Assembly (NCBI GenBank): GCA_947085765.1
Contig: CAMTXZ010000031.1
Location: 30,283 to 94,282, forward strand
Direction: 5' to 3'
Source: an uncultured Chromatiaceae bacterium
Lineage (GTDB): Bacteria; Pseudomonadota; Gammaproteobacteria; Tenderiales; Tenderiaceae
Length of the DNA: 64,000 nt
A program made the position numbers and the translations under genes. Position 1 is the first letter of the stretch, and each line of letters begins with the position of its first letter. A model generated the notes under the pieces. That model had not been told where the DNA came from and did no database searches. It was given only the letters and a program-made list of their open reading frames with translations. Below, one piece after another: positions 21,676 through 33,172 of the stretch.

Positions 21676-22416
21676 TTAAATATCGCCAATATTGGCCGAC
21701 AAAAAGCGCTCAACCTGCTCCCAGGTCTCTTGCGCCTGGACCGGACTGTAACCGGGGGAGTGCGGATCCATGAAGCCGTGGCTGGCAGCAACCGTAACAA
21801 AGCGATTGATCGCATCGGATTTTTTCAACGCCAGTTGATACTGATTCACCATGCTGGTGCTGATTTCGCGGTCACTGGCAGCAAAAATCGCCAATACCGG
21901 GGCGCGCACTCTACTCACCTCCTTGGCCACAGTGCTCATTTCGCCATATATCACCACCGTCGCCGCCACCTGTTCAGGTGCCAGCAGTGCCGCCTGGAAT
22001 GACTGCCAGCCACCCAACCCGGCGCCCACAGTGGCGATAGCACGCCGCGGCGCTGCCAGATACTTCAGCCCCGCCAATACATCCTGCTTGATCCATTCTG
22101 GGTCGACGCTACCCATAATCTCGGTTGCCAACTTCATGTTGTTCGAAGCACGGCCATCAAAAACATCAATAGCCAGCACCCGATAACCCTTGGCCGCCCA
22201 CTGGTCCGCCCACTGGCGCATGGTCTCATTAAACCCCCAACGATCGTGGAGCAGCAAAATGGCTCGGCTGGCATCTTCCGGCCCGGCCACATACCCTTGC
22301 AGGGTAGTGCCCATAGCCGAGGTAATCGTGACAGATTCGCCACCCTCTGCCGCCGTTCCTACATTCATAAATAGAGAAACAGACAACAGTCCCCACATAA
22401 AAACAGATCGCAACAT
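21676..22416 (-). CDS. Dienelactone hydrolase family protein (secreted α/β hydrolase)
   Basis: Signal peptide MLRSVFMWGLLSVSLFMNVGTAA. ILLLHDRWGFN and GAGLGGW (nucleophile elbow). Confidence 0.75.
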   Translation of the reverse strand: MLRSVFMWGLLSVSLFMNVGTAAEGGESVTITSAMGTTLQGYVAGPEDASRAILLLHDRWGFNETMRQWADQWAAKGYRVLAIDVFDGRASNNMKLATEIMGSVDPEWIKQDVLAGLKYLAAPRRAIATVGAGLGGWQSFQAALLAPEQVAATVVIYGEMSTVAKEVSRVRAPVLAIFAASDREISTSMVNQYQLALKKSDAINRFVTVAASHGFMDPHSPGYSPVQAQETWEQVERFLSANIGDI

Positions 22417-22679
22417 GTAACACTCTCCCGTAATTGAGCTGAACATAGCAACAACCACCCACCATCTCAAGTTGAAATGGCCATACCCCACTGCGCGGCA
22501 CAGGCCCGACTGCAAACCCATGCAGACCAATTTCATCCAGACTCAGCTTGCCACCGCCGTATAAACAGCCGCTCCACTCAATACATCACCCCGGCCTTAT
22601 TTCATGCTAGAGTTTCCCCGCCTACCGCGCTTACAGGGACATTCCGACCCAACCAAGAATAAGAAAGGAAACCTTCCAT

Positions 22680-23984
22680 ATGAACAAGCTCACATTCGCT
22701 GCCGCTCTCACCGCGCTATCAACCACTCTTTTTTTACCAGCCGCCTCAGCCCATGAGAACAGCAGCGACTGGCAACGCATCAACGCACCGCAACAGGCCA
22801 CCGTTAAACTCAACGGGGTGGCTCGCGAGATCCACCCCGGCTGCGCCTTTGCCGGTGACGACTACTCCTTTTATTTCAAAAAGGGTAAAAGTGACAAGCT
22901 GGTCATTCTATTTAATGGTGGTGGCGCCTGCTGGAACAGCACAACATGTTTAGCTTCACTCAATTCGCCGGCGCCTAGCTACGTGCCATCTGATGAGTTT
23001 CCAAACAGCAACCCAATGTTGCAAGACGGGATTCTAAACCTCGCCAATCCTGATAATCCGTATAAAGACTGGAGCATCGCCTTTCTCCCTTATTGTACTG
23101 GCGACATCCATTTTGGCTCTAAAGACACTGTCTATCCAGCCGGCCCAGGCCTCACTCAAACCATTCGTCACCACGGTTTTGACAACTTTCTTTACGCTCG
23201 GGAGTGGCTCAAAAACCGCCTTGAAACTACGCCCAAAAACAAACACCGGCGTAACCATGAAAATAAGCGCAAAAACAAACACGAGAAGGATGGTAAGAAT
23301 GATGGTGTAGAACAGGTTCTGGTAGCCGGCGCCAGTGCCGGGGCCTACGGTGCGATACTCAACTACCCCTACATTAAAGATGCATTCCCCAACGCCCAGG
23401 GCTATCTGCTTGCCGATGGTGGCAATGGCGTGTTCATTGACAGCATGTTGCAGGAGGCTATACGCGGCCCCAACTCCGCCTGGAATTTTGACGCCAACCT
23501 ATCCCCATCAGTACCGGGTTTAAGCACTGTCACCTCACTCAACGCCAACGGCTTTGCACCCGCCGTCTACTCACTCATAACCAACCACTATCCCGAGGAC
23601 AGATTTGGCCAATATACAACCGTGCATGACGTGATCCAGACCCTGTTTTATAGCGTCATGCTCAACAGCAGTGACATCACTCAGTGGAGCAACCTTACGC
23701 CCTCGATATTTGCCACCTGGACAACCGGCATGTTGACCAACAGCTATACCCAGGCCGCCTCGCCCAACTACCGCTTTTTTATCGCCCCTGGTTGCCAGCA
23801 TACAATCGTGCGTTCGCCAGCCATGTACTCCCCCCAGACTGTTAACGGCACCACATTCCTGACGTGGTTAAACGGGTTGACCAACGACAAAAACAGTTGG
23901 GACAACCTGAGCTGTACCGATACTGGCTGTCAGTTTCAGCCGTTAACCCCAGCACAGATCAACAGCTGCGCCTCCGCTCCTTAA
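22680..23984 (+). CDS. Secreted pectin-acetylesterase/Notum-family (PAE) hydrolase with a basic low-complexity insertion
   Basis: Signal peptide. Motifs FNGGGACWNSTTC, PYCTGD and GASAGAYG are typical of PF03283. It carries an insertion, TPKNKHRRNHENKRKNKHEKDGKND. Confidence 0.6.
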   Translation: MNKLTFAAALTALSTTLFLPAASAHENSSDWQRINAPQQATVKLNGVAREIHPGCAFAGDDYSFYFKKGKSDKLVILFNGGGACWNSTTCLASLNSPAPSYVPSDEFPNSNPMLQDGILNLANPDNPYKDWSIAFLPYCTGDIHFGSKDTVYPAGPGLTQTIRHHGFDNFLYAREWLKNRLETTPKNKHRRNHENKRKNKHEKDGKNDGVEQVLVAGASAGAYGAILNYPYIKDAFPNAQGYLLADGGNGVFIDSMLQEAIRGPNSAWNFDANLSPSVPGLSTVTSLNANGFAPAVYSLITNHYPEDRFGQYTTVHDVIQTLFYSVMLNSSDITQWSNLTPSIFATWTTGMLTNSYTQAASPNYRFFIAPGCQHTIVRSPAMYSPQTVNGTTFLTWLNGLTNDKNSWDNLSCTDTGCQFQPLTPAQINSCASAP

Positions 23985-24024
23985 CCAGACGGGCGGGCGC
24001 ACTCTTGCGCCCGCCCGCTTCCCG

Positions 24025-26322
24025 TCAAATCGCCTTTTTATAACCATACTCCTGGCGCAAACTATGGGCCGCCGCCACCATCCGTTGCAGCGCCTCATCA
24101 ACCTCGGGCCACTGCCGCGTCTTCAGACCACAATCGGGATTCACCCAGAGCCGCTCCACTGCGATGTGTGCGGTCGCTTTTTGCATTAACAAAACCATCT
24201 CGGCGATTGTAGGCACATTGGGCGTATGGATGTCGTACACCCCCGGGCCGATGCCATTGGGATAATGAAACCGCTCAAATACCTCCAGCAACTCCATGTC
24301 AGAGCGTGATGTCTCGATGGTGATCACATCCGCATCCATCGCCGCAATGGCCGCCATGATGTCGTTGAACTCCGAGTAACACATGTGGGTATGGATCTGT
24401 GTCTCATCGACCACCACCGCCGCCGTGACCTTAAAGGCCCGCACCGCCCAGTCAAGATAATGCTTCCAGTCCGCCTGACGTAGCGGCAACCCCTCGCGCA
24501 GGGCCGCCTCATCGATCTGAATCACCTTGATGCCCGCCCGTTCAAGATCGGCCACCTCATCACGCAGGGCAAAGGCAATCTGCAGACAGCTCGTGGCGCG
24601 GGGCTGGTCATCACGCACAAAGGACCAGTTGAGGATCGTCACCGGCCCGGTCAACATCCCCTTCATCGGCTTTTTAGTCAGCGACTGGGCATAACGCGCC
24701 CACTCTACGGTCATGGCGGCGGGACGACTCACATCACCATAGATGATCGGGGGTTTAACACAGCGTGAACCGTAGGATTGCACCCAGCCGTTCTGGGTGA
24801 AGGCAAACCCCTCCAGCTGCTCGCCAAAGTATTCCACCATGTCATTACGTTCCGCCTCACCATGGACCAGCACATCCAGCCCCAGTTGTTCCTGTGCACC
24901 CACAGCAAAGGCGATCTCCTCACGCATGCTCGCCTGATAAACAGCGGGGGTGACAACCCCCTGTTTGTACTGCTGGCGAATCTGACGTATCGCCGCCGTC
25001 TGCGGGAAGGAGCCAATAGTAGTGGTCGGAAACAGCGGCAGTTTGAGCCACGCCTGCTGCACAACACTCCTGACAGAATAGGGTGAATCGCGCTCGGTCA
25101 ACGCCTCATCAAACGCCGCCAGCCGTGCCTTGACCTCAGCTTTATGGATCCGCCCCGACGCTTTGCGTGCCTGACAGAGGCGGGCTGAATGGTCCAGCGC
25201 CTCAGCCACCGCTGTCACACCCTCGCACAAGGCCCGTTTGATCACTGCCAGCTCGTCCAGCTTCTGCAGTGCAAAGGCGAGCCATGACTTGATCTCCGGT
25301 TCCAGCTTAACCTCATGAGCAAGATCCACCGGCACATGCAGCAGCGAGCAAGAGGGGGCGATCCAGAGCCGCTCCCCGAGCTGCGCCTTAAGCGGGGCCA
25401 GCCACTGCACCAGCTGCGCCAGATCACTGCGCCAGATGTTGCGACCATCCACCACCCCCAGCGAGAGCACCTTGTAGTTGGGCAACCAACTCAATACCGC
25501 CGCCACCTCCTCCGGCGCCCGGACCGCATCAATATGGATGCCCGCCACCGGCAGACGACAGAGGGTGGTGAGGTTGTCACGCAACGGTCCAAAATAGGTG
25601 GTCAGCAGCTGTTTTATCCCGCGTGACTGCAACCGTGTATAGACTGCCTCAAACGCCGTCTTCCACGCCTGCGGCAGATCCAGCGCCAGGATAGGTTCAT
25701 CAATCTGCACCCACTCGACACCGCTGCGCTCCAGCCGTTGCAGGATCTCGCCATAGACCGGCAGCAACGCCTCCAGCAGCTGCAACTTGTCAAAATCCGC
25801 CCCCTTGCCCTTCGCCAGCCAGAGATAACTCAAAGGCCCCAGCAAGACCGGCTTGACGCGAAACCCCAACGCCTGCGCCTCCGCCACCTCATTAAACAGC
25901 TTGTTTGATGAGAGCTTAAATTTCTGCTCTGCCACCAGCTCCGGCACAATGTAGTGGTAGTTGGTATCAAACCACTTGGTCATCTCGCAGGCGTTGACCG
26001 GCTCACCGCCTGGGGCGCGACCCCGCGCCATGCGAAAATAGGTGGTGATGTCGACCTCCGCACCAAACCAGTGAAAACGCTGCGGCACAACCCCCAGGGT
26101 GGCCGACATATCCAGCACCTGGTCATACCAGGAGAAGTCGCCCACCGGCAGTAGCTCCACCCCCGCTGCCGCCTGCTGCTGCCAGTGCTGCGCCCGCAAC
26201 CGCCGCCCCAGCTGCTCGAGCTCGGCAAACTCACTATCGCCGCGCCAATACTGCTCCAGCGCCCGCTTCAACTCACGCTGTGCACCAATGCGCGGAAAAC
26301 CCAAATTGTGTTGAATCGTCAT
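24025..26322 (-). CDS. metE: Cobalamin-independent methionine synthase (5-methyltetrahydropteroyltriglutamate--homocysteine methyltransferase)
   Basis: 765 aa. [26 protein letters not shown]…, two UroD-like MetE domains. Confidence 0.95.
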   Translation of the reverse strand: MTIQHNLGFPRIGAQRELKRALEQYWRGDSEFAELEQLGRRLRAQHWQQQAAAGVELLPVGDFSWYDQVLDMSATLGVVPQRFHWFGAEVDITTYFRMARGRAPGGEPVNACEMTKWFDTNYHYIVPELVAEQKFKLSSNKLFNEVAEAQALGFRVKPVLLGPLSYLWLAKGKGADFDKLQLLEALLPVYGEILQRLERSGVEWVQIDEPILALDLPQAWKTAFEAVYTRLQSRGIKQLLTTYFGPLRDNLTTLCRLPVAGIHIDAVRAPEEVAAVLSWLPNYKVLSLGVVDGRNIWRSDLAQLVQWLAPLKAQLGERLWIAPSCSLLHVPVDLAHEVKLEPEIKSWLAFALQKLDELAVIKRALCEGVTAVAEALDHSARLCQARKASGRIHKAEVKARLAAFDEALTERDSPYSVRSVVQQAWLKLPLFPTTTIGSFPQTAAIRQIRQQYKQGVVTPAVYQASMREEIAFAVGAQEQLGLDVLVHGEAERNDMVEYFGEQLEGFAFTQNGWVQSYGSRCVKPPIIYGDVSRPAAMTVEWARYAQSLTKKPMKGMLTGPVTILNWSFVRDDQPRATSCLQIAFALRDEVADLERAGIKVIQIDEAALREGLPLRQADWKHYLDWAVRAFKVTAAVVVDETQIHTHMCYSEFNDIMAAIAAMDADVITIETSRSDMELLEVFERFHYPNGIGPGVYDIHTPNVPTIAEMVLLMQKATAHIAVERLWVNPDCGLKTRQWPEVDEALQRMVAAAHSLRQEYGYKKAI

Positions 26323-26377
26323 TCCCTGCTCCTATGGCCATGATTAAGTTGCAGTGAGTATGGAGCGCCGATAGAAT

Positions 26378-26390
26378 TGAATCAATTTCA
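26378..26390. promoter_or_regulatory. Candidate MetR binding site in the metE-metR divergent intergenic region
   Basis: TGAATCAATTTCA matches the MetR consensus TGAA-N5-TTCA and sits between the divergent metE and metR starts. Confidence 0.45.
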
Positions 26391-26423
26391 CAATACTTGT
26401 AATTATCATTAGAGAATCTAATA

Positions 26424-27314
26424 ATGTTTATCGAAATTCGCCACCTGCGTAGCCTCCAGGCGATCGAGCAGAGCGGCAGTCTGGCACGGGCTGCCGAGAC
26501 CCTGCACCTCACCCAGTCGGCCCTCTCACACCAGATCAAAGCGCTTGAAAACTACTTGGATACCGCGCTGTTTCTTCGTAGCACCAAGCCGCTCAAGCTC
26601 ACCCATGCCGGGCAAAAGCTGGTGGATATGGCCCATCAGGTGCTGCCCGATATCGCCACACTAGAGGCCGATCTGCACCGCATGGCCAAGGGCGAGGCGG
26701 GACGGCTCCATATCGCAATCGAGTGCCACGCCTGTTTTGAGTGGCTGCTGCCGGTGCTCGACAGCTACCGCCAGCAGTGGCCCGAGGTCGAGGTGGATAT
26801 CCGCATCGATGTCAGTTTTAACCCCATCCCCGCGATTCAGAAGGGCGAGATCGACCTGCTCATCAGCTCCGACCCCATCACCACCCCTGACATCGTCTTC
26901 AAACCACTCTTTGCCTACGCCCCGCTGCTGGTGGCCGCCGCTGGCCACCCGCTGGCCGGCAAAAAATTCATCGAACCGGCGGATCTGGCCGACCAGACCC
27001 TGATCACCTACCCGGTAAAACGGGAGCGTCTGGATATCTTTACCCGTTTTCTCCAACCCGCCGGCATCGAACCCGCCACCATCCGCCAGAGCGAACTCAC
27101 CGCCGTGATCCTGCTGCTGGTGGCCAGCCAGCGTGGTGTGGCCGTTCTGCCCGATTGGGTGCTGCGCGAGTCGCTGCAAAAAAACAGCCTGATCACCCGA
27201 CCCCTGGGCAAAAACGGCATGTCAGGGCAGCTCTACGCGGCCGTTCGCAGCAGTGACCAGCACGCCAGATTTATCACCGACTTCATCGCTTTGGCGCAAC
27301 AAGGCAACCCATAA
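26424..27314 (+). CDS. metR: LysR-family transcriptional activator MetR
   Basis: MFIEIRHLRSLQAIEQSGSLARAAETLHLTQSALSHQIKALE…; divergent from metE, as in enterobacteria. Confidence 0.85.
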   Translation: MFIEIRHLRSLQAIEQSGSLARAAETLHLTQSALSHQIKALENYLDTALFLRSTKPLKLTHAGQKLVDMAHQVLPDIATLEADLHRMAKGEAGRLHIAIECHACFEWLLPVLDSYRQQWPEVEVDIRIDVSFNPIPAIQKGEIDLLISSDPITTPDIVFKPLFAYAPLLVAAAGHPLAGKKFIEPADLADQTLITYPVKRERLDIFTRFLQPAGIEPATIRQSELTAVILLLVASQRGVAVLPDWVLRESLQKNSLITRPLGKNGMSGQLYAAVRSSDQHARFITDFIALAQQGNP

Positions 27315-27389
27315 ACGGCGCTGAAATAGCACTTGCTCCCCGCTTTTTTATCGTATATCTTGTGCCAAGGCTTCGGTTGAGACACAAGA

Positions 27390-27580
27390 TGTTGTGCTCA
27401 TGTCCATAGGGAACCCGGTGTAAATCCGGGACTGTCGCGCAGCGGTAAAGGGGAACAGAGACCACCGGCATTATGCCAGGCACCGTCCAGATAGACGGCA
27501 AGCTGTGGTCCGAGGTGAATCACTATCAGTGGTTCGTGCCCCTAAGTCCGAATACCTGCCGAGGCCGTCATCACAACCGT
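27390..27580 (+). ncRNA. Cobalamin (AdoCbl) riboswitch in the 5' leader of nrdAB
   Basis: …AUAGGGAACCCGGUGUAAAUCCGGGACUGUCGCGCAGCGGUAAAGGGGAAC… and the B12-box AAGUCCGAAUACCUGCCGAGGCC closely match the E. coli btuB riboswitch core (…AAUAGGGAAUCCAGUGCGAAUCUGGAGCUGACGCGCAGCGGUAAGGAAAGG…CCCGAAGACCUGCCGGCC). Confidence 0.85.
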
Positions 27581-27708
27581 GATGTAACACCCGGATCTCG
27601 CGTCAAGGTCACAGGGTGGAGAGCAGCCACACCTTCTGATCGGGGCCCTCCCCTTTTTGCTCTCCCCTCTCACTTTGCGCGGTCCCCTAACTTACTGACG
27701 AGGGAACC

Positions 27709-30510
27709 ATGCAGACAGAACAGACAACCCGCCATACCCCCCAACCACGCCCGGACAACAGCGCACAGCTCTGCCATTGCGAGGTGATTCGCCGCAACGG
27801 CACACTCACCCATTTTAATGCCGACAAAATCAGCATCGCCCTCAGCCGTGCCTTTCTTGCCGTTGAAGGCCCGCAGGGCGAAGGGTCACGGCGCATCCAT
27901 GAGATTGTCGAACAGCTCAGCGACGAGATTGTTGCCGCGCTATTTCGCCGTCTGCCACACGGCGGCACACTGCACATCGAGGCGATTCAGGATCAGGTCG
28001 AACTGGCGCTGATGCGTAACGGCCACCACAAGATCGCCCGCGCTTACGTGCTCTACCGCGAGGAGCACGCCCGCCAGCGCGCCACGCAACAGCCCCCCGC
28101 GCAAGCGGCCCCCCTGCCTAACATCATTGGTAGCGACGGCAGCCGCGCCCCTCTCAACTTGGCACGACTCACCACGCTGATTGACGAGGCGTGCAGCGGC
28201 CTGGCCGATATCTCCAGCGAGCCGATTCTGCAGGCGACCCTGCACAACCTCTTTGATGGCATCACGGAAAAAGAGCTGGCGCAGGTGCTGGTGATGAGTG
28301 GCCGCAGCCTGATCGAACAGGAGCCAAACTACACCTTTGCCGCCGCCCGGCTACTGCTCGACAGCCTGCGTCAGGAGGCGTTGAGCTTTCTTGCCGGCCA
28401 CGCCGAGCGCGCCACCCAGGCTGAGATGACCAACCGCTACGCCGACTACTTCAGCAGCTACATCCACCGTGCCGCCGAACTGGAGCTGCTCGACAAGAGC
28501 CTGACCCGTTACGACCTGAAACGGTTAGGTGCGGCGCTACAGCCGGAGCGTGACCAGCAGTTCACCTATCTGGGACTGCAAACCCTTTATGACCGCTACT
28601 TTATTCACGCCGGCATCCACGGCAACAATAGCCGTTTTGAACTGCCACAAGCCTTTTTCATGCGGGTTGCCATGGGGCTGGCGATCAACGAAATCGACCG
28701 TGAGGCGCGGGCCATTGAGTTCTATGAGCTGCTCTCCTCGTTTGATTTCATCTGCTCAACCCCCACGCTGTTCAACTCGGGCACCCTGCGCCCGCAGCTC
28801 TCCTCCTGCTATCTCACCCACGTGCCCGACGACCTGGATGGCATCTACAGCGCCATCAAAGATAACGCCCTGCTCTCAAAATTTGCCGGCGGCCTGGGCA
28901 ATGACTGGAGCGCCGTGCGCGGTCTGGGCGCCGCCATCAAGGGGACCAACGGCACCTCGCAAGGGGTGGTGCCGTTTCTCAAGGTGGCCAACGACACCGC
29001 CGTGGCGGTCAACCAGGGTGGCAAACGTAAAGGGGCCGTCTGTGCCTACCTGGAGACGTGGCACATCGACATTGAGGAGTTTCTGGATCTGCGTAAAAAC
29101 ACCGGTGACGAACGGCGACGCACCCACGACATGAATACCGCCAACTGGATTCCTGACCTGTTTATGGAACGTGTCGGCGACGAAGCGCAGTGGACTCTCT
29201 TCTCCCCCGACGAGACCCCCGATCTGCATGACCTCTATGGCCAGCCATTCAAAAAACGCTACGAAGAGTACGAGGCCAAGGCCGACCGGGGCGAGATGAA
29301 GATCTGGAAACGACTGCCCGCCCTGGCGCTGTGGCGCAAGCTGCTCGGCCAACTGTTTGAGACCGGCCACCCCTGGATCACCTTCAAAGATAGCTGCAAC
29401 CTGCGCTATACCAATCAACACGCCGGGGTGGTGCACTCATCCAACCTCTGTACCGAGATCACGTTGCATACCAATAACAACGAGATTGCGGTCTGCAACC
29501 TCGGCTCCATCAACCTTGCCACCCATACCGGCGAGCATGGCATCGACCGCGAAAAGCTCGAACAGACCATCGACATCGCCATGCGTATGCTCGACAACGT
29601 CATCGACTACAACTACTACTCCGTACCCCAAGCACGCAACTCCAACCTGCGCCACCGCCCGGTGGGGCTGGGGCTGATGGGGTTTCAGGATGCCCTTTAT
29701 ATACAGAACATCCCCTACGCCTCAGAGGCGGCCATCGAGTTTGCCGACCACTCCATGGAGCTGATCGCCTACTACGCCATCCAGGCCTCAACCGATCTGG
29801 CGCAGGAGCGTGGCTGTTACTCCAGCTTTGCCGGCTCGCTCTGGAGCCGTGGCATCCTGCCGCTCGACTCGATTGAACTACAGGCCGCCGCCCGTGGCGA
29901 CTCGCTGGAGATGGATCGCAGCAGCCAGCTCGACTGGCACTCCCTGCGGCAGCGGGTGCAGACCGTTGGCATGCGTAACAGCAACTGTCTCGCCATCGCC
30001 CCCACGGCCACCATCGCCAACATCTGCGGCGTCTCGCAGTCGATTGAACCGGCCTTCCAGAACCTGTTTGTAAAATCCAACCTCTCCGGTGAGTTCACCG
30101 TGGTCAACCCCTATCTGGTCAAGGATCTGAAGGCGCTGGGGCTGTGGGACGAGGTAATGGTCAATGACCTGAAATATTTCGACGGTTCACTCCAGGCCAT
30201 CGACCGCATTCCCGCCCACCTGAAAGAGCGTTACGCCACCGCCTTCGAGATCGACCAGCGCTGGCTGATCGAGGCCGCCTCACGCCGCCAGAAGTGGATC
30301 GACCAGTCCCAGTCACTCAACCTCTACCTGGCGCAAGCCAGCGGCCCCACACTCGACAAGCTCTACAAACTGGCGTGGCGGCGTGGTCTGAAGACCACCT
30401 ACTACCTGCGCACACTCGGCGCCACCAAGATGGAGGGCAACAACCGTCAGACAGTGGCCGAACCAGCAGCCTGTTCGATCCTGGACCCCTCCTGCGAGGC
30501 GTGCCAGTAA
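27709..30510 (+). CDS. nrdA: Class Ia ribonucleoside-diphosphate reductase α subunit with extended N-terminus (two ATP-cone-like regions)
   Basis: 933 aa. An N-terminal ATP cone (VIRRNGTLTHFNADKISIALSRAF…) is followed by a second degenerate cone, then the RNR catalytic barrel (…NLCTEI…). Confidence 0.95.
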   Translation: MQTEQTTRHTPQPRPDNSAQLCHCEVIRRNGTLTHFNADKISIALSRAFLAVEGPQGEGSRRIHEIVEQLSDEIVAALFRRLPHGGTLHIEAIQDQVELALMRNGHHKIARAYVLYREEHARQRATQQPPAQAAPLPNIIGSDGSRAPLNLARLTTLIDEACSGLADISSEPILQATLHNLFDGITEKELAQVLVMSGRSLIEQEPNYTFAAARLLLDSLRQEALSFLAGHAERATQAEMTNRYADYFSSYIHRAAELELLDKSLTRYDLKRLGAALQPERDQQFTYLGLQTLYDRYFIHAGIHGNNSRFELPQAFFMRVAMGLAINEIDREARAIEFYELLSSFDFICSTPTLFNSGTLRPQLSSCYLTHVPDDLDGIYSAIKDNALLSKFAGGLGNDWSAVRGLGAAIKGTNGTSQGVVPFLKVANDTAVAVNQGGKRKGAVCAYLETWHIDIEEFLDLRKNTGDERRRTHDMNTANWIPDLFMERVGDEAQWTLFSPDETPDLHDLYGQPFKKRYEEYEAKADRGEMKIWKRLPALALWRKLLGQLFETGHPWITFKDSCNLRYTNQHAGVVHSSNLCTEITLHTNNNEIAVCNLGSINLATHTGEHGIDREKLEQTIDIAMRMLDNVIDYNYYSVPQARNSNLRHRPVGLGLMGFQDALYIQNIPYASEAAIEFADHSMELIAYYAIQASTDLAQERGCYSSFAGSLWSRGILPLDSIELQAAARGDSLEMDRSSQLDWHSLRQRVQTVGMRNSNCLAIAPTATIANICGVSQSIEPAFQNLFVKSNLSGEFTVVNPYLVKDLKALGLWDEVMVNDLKYFDGSLQAIDRIPAHLKERYATAFEIDQRWLIEAASRRQKWIDQSQSLNLYLAQASGPTLDKLYKLAWRRGLKTTYYLRTLGATKMEGNNRQTVAEPAACSILDPSCEACQ

Positions 30511-30603
30511 GACATATCAGTAGCATTTTATTAACCACCACACGCTGGTCTCTGCCCGGCAGGGCCAGCGTCATCATCCGTATTCATATTTAAGGAGAGC
30601 ATC

Positions 30604-31731
<1,128 letters not shown>

Positions 31732-31892
31732 CGGGAGAATACCCAGCAAGAATATCGCCAGGCTATTCTCACCATCGACATCCGCTCAAACACAGCAAGA
31801 TCCGGGTCGCGGATGCGTGTTTAACTTTTTATATTTAATCGGTACAACACATTTTTGTTGTGCGGAAAATAAACTATGAGAGGTTTCGTACA

Positions 31893-32039
31893 ATGTCTGC
31901 ACTATCAAACAAGGTTGCCATTATCACTGGGGCAAGCTCCGGGATCGGTTATGCAACAGCCAAGCTGTTCGCCCGAGAGGGCGCCAACCGCAACTTGACA
32001 CACTCGTTGAAGAGATCATCCATCGGCGCTTCTTGCTGA
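31893..32039 (+). pseudogene. Remnant of a short-chain dehydrogenase/reductase gene (N-terminal 30 aa intact, then frameshift/deletion)
   Basis: MSALSNKVAIITGASSGIGYATAKLFAREGA is a canonical SDR TGxxxGIG start; the frame then derails (NRNLTHSLKRSSIGASC*). The adjacent +1 frame reads …LDTLVEEI…, typical of the next SDR segment. This indicates an internal deletion. Confidence 0.5.
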
Positions 32040-32101
32040 CGGCGGGGTCTCCATCAACCGGACCTAAACAGGTACGGTCAATAGATTTATGGAGAATATA
32101 G

Positions 32102-32929
32102 ATGTCTGACTATGACCGCATAGCTGAAGCAATTGGTTTTATCTCCAGCCGGCTAAAGAGCCAACCGACTCTGAATGAAATTGCGGCTCACTTACATCTG
32201 AGTCCCTTTCACTTCCAACGTCTGTTCTGCCGCTGGGCCGATGTGACCCCCAAAAGATTCCTGCAAGTACTCACGCTGGAGCGTGCCAAGCAACTGCTGA
32301 GCGAAGCGAAACCCCTGCTTGAGGTATCGGACTCCCTGGGGTTGAGCAGCGGTTCGCGGTTGTATGAGCATTTCATTCACCTGGAAGCTGTCACCCCTGG
32401 GGAGTACAAAATGGACGGCGCGGGTTTAACGATTGAATATGCTGTACATGACACCCCCTTTGGAAAAGCGTTTATTGCCACCACTCCCAGGGGTATCTGT
32501 AGTTTTACATTTTTGGAGCATGCGGAGATCGACAGGGATCTAACTGGTTTACACAAAAAGTGGCCCCATGCGATGGTGCGTGAAAACCATCAACGAACAC
32601 TGGTGGTTATCAAGGCCATGTTCGGCGCAGAGAAGCGCTTGAAGCTGCCTCTCTCTTTGCATGTTTCCGGAACCAACTTTCAGATCAGTGTCTGGAAAGC
32701 GCTGTTACAGATACCCCCCGCAACAGTGACAAGTTACTCCCAAGTGGCAGCCGCAATCGGCCATGCAAGCGCTGCAAGAGCAGTGGGGACGGCTATAGGT
32801 GCAAACCCCGTCGCGCTGCTGATACCCTGCCACCGCGTTATTCAACAAAACGGAAAACTGGGCGGCTACCATTGGGGTGAAACCCGGAAACAGGCGATCC
32901 ATACATGGGAGTCGGCAAGGTATGAGTAA
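32102..32929 (+). CDS. AraC-HTH / O6-methylguanine-DNA methyltransferase fusion (Ada-like regulator/repair protein)
   Basis: N-terminal AraC-type HTH (…LNEIAAHLHLSPFHFQRLF…) and C-terminal MGMT domain with PCHRVI active-site motif. Confidence 0.8.
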   Translation: MSDYDRIAEAIGFISSRLKSQPTLNEIAAHLHLSPFHFQRLFCRWADVTPKRFLQVLTLERAKQLLSEAKPLLEVSDSLGLSSGSRLYEHFIHLEAVTPGEYKMDGAGLTIEYAVHDTPFGKAFIATTPRGICSFTFLEHAEIDRDLTGLHKKWPHAMVRENHQRTLVVIKAMFGAEKRLKLPLSLHVSGTNFQISVWKALLQIPPATVTSYSQVAAAIGHASAARAVGTAIGANPVALLIPCHRVIQQNGKLGGYHWGETRKQAIHTWESARYE

Positions 32930-33172
32930 CCGCAGCGTTAGCATCAAGTTTAAGAGGCACGCAGCAAAAGCGGTGTCCCCCAACTTTACATTCAACTTTA
33001 CATTGAGGTTATAAGAGAGCCTCTAAACCAATAGCTGAATTCATATGTCAGGTGCAACACCCCAACGGCCTCACATCTACCCTGTCAATCCACTCATACA
33101 AACGAGATCAGCGGCCGTTACAGTCAGCATTACTATTGTTCCAATAGTGTGGAAGGGTGCATTCTCAAAGTC

